In this document: in pieces, positions 59,915 through 64,000 of the stretch
Position numbering within the stretch: the stretch's first letter is position 1
How the letters are laid out: each line of letters begins with the position of its first letter
DNA from: Armatimonadota bacterium
Lineage (GTDB): Bacteria; Armatimonadota; HRBIN16
Assembly (NCBI GenBank): GCA_963677485.1
Contig: OY781964.1
Coordinates: forward strand, 4,416,001-4,480,000
Direction: 5' to 3'
DNA: 64,000 nucleotides
Made by a program: the position numbers and the translations under genes
Notes under the pieces: generated by a model
What the model saw: the letters and a program-made list of their open reading frames with translations, nothing else
Databases searched by the model: none
What the model was told of the DNA's origin: nothing

Positions 59915-60951
59915 TGTTGAAGCAACATGCCATGAGCTGGGCCATCGAAGCTGGTTTCTGTGTAGCCGGTGTGGCGGACATCACTCCGGGTGACGAGTTG
60001 ATCAAGCTGGAGGACTGGCTTAAACTGGGATATCAGGCTGAGATGGCCTATATGCAGTCACCGAGCCGGGGCAATATCGCATCACTATACCCATGGTCCA
60101 AAAGCGCGCTTGTGGTTGGAGCTGTGGCCGGTGAGCCACTTCAGCATTCGAATGATCACTACACCGCCGCGCGGTATGCACAGGGTGCAGACTACCACAC
60201 GGTGATATCGACCCGGCTAGAGAGTCTGGCTGTCAAGCTGAAAGACTGCGGTATAGAGCTTTGGAAAGTGTGTGTGGATATTCAGCCGATACTGGAGCGC
60301 GAGCTGGCCCGTCGCGCTGGATTAGGATGGATCGGTAAAAACAGCATGCTGATCAACCCTCAGTATGGATCGCATTTGCTGCTGGGTGTGCTGCTTCTAG
60401 ACCAACTGCTTCCTTGTGACCAGCCCAGTAAAGAACTATGCGGACGTTGTGACCGGTGCCTCCAAACCTGCCCAAACCACGCTTTAGTGGAACCATATGT
60501 GCTGGATGCCCGTCGGTGCTTGAGCTATCTGACGCTTGAGAACAAAAAAGCAGTCGGTGTCGAACAGTGGCCATCGGGGCACAAGATGCTGTTTGGGTGC
60601 GATCTGTGTCAAGACTGCTGCCCATATAACACCCCCACAAAATCATACCCAGCTCGGGGCACCAGAAGCGGTGTGGATGAGTTAGTTGGGCAGGTGTGCG
60701 GGTGGAGTCAGGTCGAAATGGTTGAAATGCTTGAAGCCGGTACGGAATCGCAAATCAGGCATGGCCAGGCCTTGGACAGGGTGAAGCGTGTGCAGATCAT
60801 ACGCAATCTGACGGTCGCTGCTGGTGCCAACCATACCGCCGATACGCGGCTGCAGGAACTGGTGCTGACGGAGTATGCTGATGCTAAAACCGATCAGGAT
60901 GCAGCGATGTTATTAGATTTGGTGAAGCTGCTTGCCGATTCGGTACAATGA
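59902..60951 (+). CDS. queG: Epoxyqueuosine reductase
   Basis: ARYAQGADYH, ERELARRAGLGWIGKN, CGRCDRCLQTCP, FGCDLCQDCCPYN. Confidence 0.93.
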   Translation: MEPMMLKQHAMSWAIEAGFCVAGVADITPGDELIKLEDWLKLGYQAEMAYMQSPSRGNIASLYPWSKSALVVGAVAGEPLQHSNDHYTAARYAQGADYHTVISTRLESLAVKLKDCGIELWKVCVDIQPILERELARRAGLGWIGKNSMLINPQYGSHLLLGVLLLDQLLPCDQPSKELCGRCDRCLQTCPNHALVEPYVLDARRCLSYLTLENKKAVGVEQWPSGHKMLFGCDLCQDCCPYNTPTKSYPARGTRSGVDELVGQVCGWSQVEMVEMLEAGTESQIRHGQALDRVKRVQIIRNLTVAAGANHTADTRLQELVLTEYADAKTDQDAAMLLDLVKLLADSVQ

Positions 60952-60991
60952 TCCGATAGGATAGATATCTAACAACAGGGGAGAATGCCAC

Positions 60992-61771
60992 ATGCGATCT
61001 GTACACATGGCTGCTGTGGTCAGCCATATGAAAGCAGCCGAAGGGCAGTTCGAGCTGGTACTTCAAAGCGAGGTAGTTGCCCAGAACGCCGAAGCAGGGC
61101 AATTCGTGCAGATACGGATGCCGCAAACCGATGATCCTCTTTTTTGTCGGCCATTCAGCATCTACAAGTGCGACAAGCAAACAAACACATTTTCCATCAT
61201 ATATCTGGTACGCGGTACCGTCACAAAAAGGCTGGCTGGGCTGCATGTAGGCGAAACCCTGCAGGTGGTGGGGCCACTTGGCAAGGGCTACTCGCCTCGG
61301 TCAGCCGATCTCTCGATCTGCGTGGTGGGGGGTGTGGGTGCCCCGCCTGTCTACAGTCTGCTGCTGCATCTGCACGGTCATGTGGTGGTCATAAACGGCG
61401 CGCGCAGCTCAGAGCTATTAATATGCCGACAGAGCTTCAAAGATTCGGGTATTGAATATATCGAATGCACGGACGACGGTAGTGCTGGCCAAAAAGGCAC
61501 TGTGCTGAAGCCGCTGGAGCGGCTTCTTGATGGGCACACTGGACGGGCTGTCGTCTACACCTGCGGTTCCACTGCCATGATGAAAGCGGTCGCTGCCTCA
61601 GCCAGTGTGCATGCCGTGCCGTGTCAGGTATCAATGGAGACGCTGATGCCCTGCGGTATCGGCGTGTGCCTGGGTTGTGCCGTGAAGATCAAGACCGAGT
61701 GTGGCTTTGAATACAAGCGGGCCTGTGCAGATGGGCCGGTATTTGATGCTGAAGAGGTGATTTGGGAATGA
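60992..61771 (+). CDS. pyrK: Dihydroorotate dehydrogenase electron transfer subunit
   Basis: GQFV, RPFSI, GPLGKGY, GGVG, TDDGS, MPCGIGVCLGC, CADGPVF. Confidence 0.94.
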   Translation: MRSVHMAAVVSHMKAAEGQFELVLQSEVVAQNAEAGQFVQIRMPQTDDPLFCRPFSIYKCDKQTNTFSIIYLVRGTVTKRLAGLHVGETLQVVGPLGKGYSPRSADLSICVVGGVGAPPVYSLLLHLHGHVVVINGARSSELLICRQSFKDSGIEYIECTDDGSAGQKGTVLKPLERLLDGHTGRAVVYTCGSTAMMKAVAASASVHAVPCQVSMETLMPCGIGVCLGCAVKIKTECGFEYKRACADGPVFDAEEVIWE

Positions 61772-62685
61772 AGCCTGATTTGAGCGTGAACCTTGGTGGC
61801 TTGCAGCTTGCCAACCCTGTGATGGTGGCCAGCGGAACGTTTGGATACGGGCAGGAGTTTGCGGATCTGGTGGACATGAACCGACTGGGAGCCATCATGG
61901 TGAAGGGCACCACCTTGAAGCCGCGGCCAGGTAATCCCATGCCCCGCATGGTGGAGACGAAATCGGGCTGCTTGAATGCCATCGGGCTGCAAAATCCGGG
62001 CATTGACGCCTTCCTTTCGGAAAAGCTGCCGTTTCTGCGGCAGTTTGACTGCAAAGTGATAGTCAACATCGGAGCCGACAATAAAGAGGAATATCCCATC
62101 CTGGCTGAGATGCTGGAAGGGCAGGAGGGCGTTCACGCCATTGAGCTAAACATTAGCTGTCCGAACCAGCAAAAAGGCGGTTTACAGTTTGGGATCGACC
62201 CCGATGCCATTGTTGATGTCGTGTCAAGTGTGAAAGAGAAGACCACTCTACCTCTCATCGTCAAGCTTTCACCAAATGTCACAGACATCACCCTTGCGGC
62301 TAAAGCGGCTGTTAAGGGTGGTGCGGATGTGCTGAGCCTGGTCAACACCTTCACTGGGACTGCGATCGACGCCAATAGCCGGAAATTCAGAATCGCCAAT
62401 CTGCAGGCAGGCCTGAGCGGTCCCTGTATTAAGCCGATCGCCTTGTTGATGGTCTACAAAGTGGCACAGGCGGTCGATATCCCCATCATTGGCATGGGCG
62501 GCATCATGAATGCCACCGACGCGGTGGAGTTCATGCTGGCTGGAGCGTCCGCCGTCGCGTTGGGCACGGTGAACTACGTGAATCCGCTGGCCTGTATGCA
62601 GGTGATCGACGGCATTGAGGAGTATCTAGTAGCACAAGGTAAATCTTCTGTAACACAGATCGTAGGAACGGTGGAGAGAGTATGA
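61768..62685 (+). CDS. pyrD: Dihydroorotate dehydrogenase (family 1B) catalytic subunit
   Basis: NPVMVASGTFG, NAIGLQNPG, ELNISCPN, KLSPNV, GLSGP, IGMGGI. Confidence 0.96.
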   Translation: MKPDLSVNLGGLQLANPVMVASGTFGYGQEFADLVDMNRLGAIMVKGTTLKPRPGNPMPRMVETKSGCLNAIGLQNPGIDAFLSEKLPFLRQFDCKVIVNIGADNKEEYPILAEMLEGQEGVHAIELNISCPNQQKGGLQFGIDPDAIVDVVSSVKEKTTLPLIVKLSPNVTDITLAAKAAVKGGADVLSLVNTFTGTAIDANSRKFRIANLQAGLSGPCIKPIALLMVYKVAQAVDIPIIGMGGIMNATDAVEFMLAGASAVALGTVNYVNPLACMQVIDGIEEYLVAQGKSSVTQIVGTVERV

Positions 62686-63401
62686 ACCCCAAAGAACGCA
62701 TTCTCATTGCACTAGATACCTCGGACCGGCAGCAGGCGGTGGCATGGGCGAAATCCTTGAAAGGCGCGGTCGGCGGTTTTAAGGTCGGTTTGGAGTTGGT
62801 GAATGCCGCTGGTCTTGATATCCTGCAGGAGATTCAACAAGTCGGGCAAGCCAATGTGTTCTACGACGCCAAGTTTCATGACATACCTAACACCGTGGCG
62901 AAGGCGGTATCAGCCGCTTGTTCGCGGGGCGTGTGGATGCTGAACGTTCATGCCTGCGGCGGGTCAGCGATGATGTCCGCCGCCGCCGAAGCCGCGGCAG
63001 CGGCCAGCCAAGTGCCGCTGATGATTGCTGTGACCGTGTTGACCAGCATCAGCGCTGAGGTGCTGACAAACGAGTTGAGTGTCACGAACAGCCCTGAACA
63101 GCAGGTGCTGCAATTGGCTCAACTGGCACAGTCCTCAGGGATGGACGGCGTGGTAAGCAGCGCCCGCGAGGTGCTGCGACTGCGGCAGAGCCTGGGCAGC
63201 CAATTTGTGCTGGTGACTCCAGGAATTCGCATGAAGGGTGACACAGCCGGTGATCAGGTTCGGATTGCGACGCCGGGCAACGCGGTCCGCGATGGGGCAG
63301 ACTATCTGGTGGTAGGACGTTCGGTGACGGAAGCCGAATCCCCTGTAGAGAAGTTGGAGCTCATTCTGCGCGACATACAGACGGCTCTGCATCCCGACTA
63401 G
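62682..63401 (+). CDS. pyrF: Orotidine-5'-phosphate decarboxylase
   Basis: ALD, FKVGLE, DAKFHDIPNTV, VTVLTS, VTPGIR, DQVR, VVGRS. Confidence 0.97.
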   Translation: MNPKERILIALDTSDRQQAVAWAKSLKGAVGGFKVGLELVNAAGLDILQEIQQVGQANVFYDAKFHDIPNTVAKAVSAACSRGVWMLNVHACGGSAMMSAAAEAAAAASQVPLMIAVTVLTSISAEVLTNELSVTNSPEQQVLQLAQLAQSSGMDGVVSSAREVLRLRQSLGSQFVLVTPGIRMKGDTAGDQVRIATPGNAVRDGADYLVVGRSVTEAESPVEKLELILRDIQTALHPD

Positions 63402-63460
63402 TATTATTCGCCATACGTGGCATTGTCGATCTCGATATTTGGTATCCAGGAGGTTTATCT

Positions 63461-64000
63461 ATGAAAATACTCATTATTTCCGGTAGTCGAAACCCTGATG
63501 GACAGACAGGACAGGCTGCCCACGCCTACTCGAAGGGCATCGCGGCAGGGGGTGGACGCAGCGAACATGTCATCCTGCCGATACTGGACATTCAACGTTG
63601 CCGGCAGTGTGAAGATAACGGCTGGGGCATCTGTCGAACGCAAGGTAAGTGTGTGATCGAAGATGACTTCGCTGGTATTGTCCAGAAGATTCGGGAAGCC
63701 GATGCCGTGGTTTTCGCATCGCCTGTGTATTTCAGCAACATCAGCGAGAGCCTGCGGGCATTCCTGGATCGCCTGCGGAGAATCTGCATCAACGAAGAGG
63801 GCCGTAAAGAGATCGCCGGTAAACCAGCCGTAGGCATCTGTGTGGCAGGCGGCGGCGGTGGAGGGGCTCCACGCTGCTGTTCCGACCTTGACTTTGTCTT
63901 GTTGAGCACCGGTTTTGTGGTCAGTGACATGATCCCGGTCCGGCGTATGAACCTTGAACAAAAAATAGCCCAGTTGATATCGGCTGGCGAGGCGATAGCC
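63461..64000 (+). CDS. Flavodoxin-like/iron-sulfur flavoprotein (NADPH-dependent FMN reductase family), truncated by the window end
   Basis: AGGAGG SD; hand translation MKILIISGSRNPDGQT...CRQCEDNGWGIC..C..ADAVVFASPVYF; missing from the ORF track because it has no stop in the window. Confidence 0.88.
   Translation, partial: MKILIISGSRNPDGQTGQAAHAYSKGIAAGGGRSEHVILPILDIQRCRQCEDNGWGICRTQGKCVIEDDFAGIVQKIREADAVVFASPVYFSNISESLRAFLDRLRRICINEEGRKEIAGKPAVGICVAGGGGGGAPRCCSDLDFVLLSTGFVVSDMIPVRRMNLEQKIAQLISAGEAIA

Noticed and set aside
63455-63961. 168-aa minus-strand ORF at the window end
   Set aside because: Antisense to the real plus-strand flavoprotein starting at 63461

Overview
Gene-dense, mostly housekeeping chromosomal segment of a diderm (LPS-making) bacterium. 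It combines Terrabacteria-type genes (sepF, ricT/yaaT, pyrK-pyrD, ykuUV-like redox pair) with a tamB-bamA-skp-lpx-msbA-waaA outer-membrane cluster. This fits an Armatimonadota-like lineage (inference, not proven). In order it holds: trm1-like/hemW, a peroxiredoxin/redoxin pair, recO-ruvC, pstSCAB-phoU-yggS-sepF-proC, two duplicated MFS genes, hisI, an ABC exporter, a lytic transglycosylase, lipA, the OM/lipid A cluster, lnt, uvrB, ricT-metG, mtaB-hit, gmk-coaBC, an S41 protease operon, tRNA-Ser(GCT), cca-queG and pyrKDF. No integrase, transposase or CRISPR array was seen. The best candidate for a new system is a four-gene operon: an S41 paralog that has lost all its catalytic residues, an intact CtpA, a membrane-anchored polysaccharide deacetylase and an unannotated 50-aa membrane peptide. 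Other notable items are a lipoprotein-anchored elongated Skp-like protein, a bacterial Trm1, several unrelated REP/REPIN-like palindromic elements, and apparent leaderless genes. All calls come from reading motifs by eye; no searches were run.
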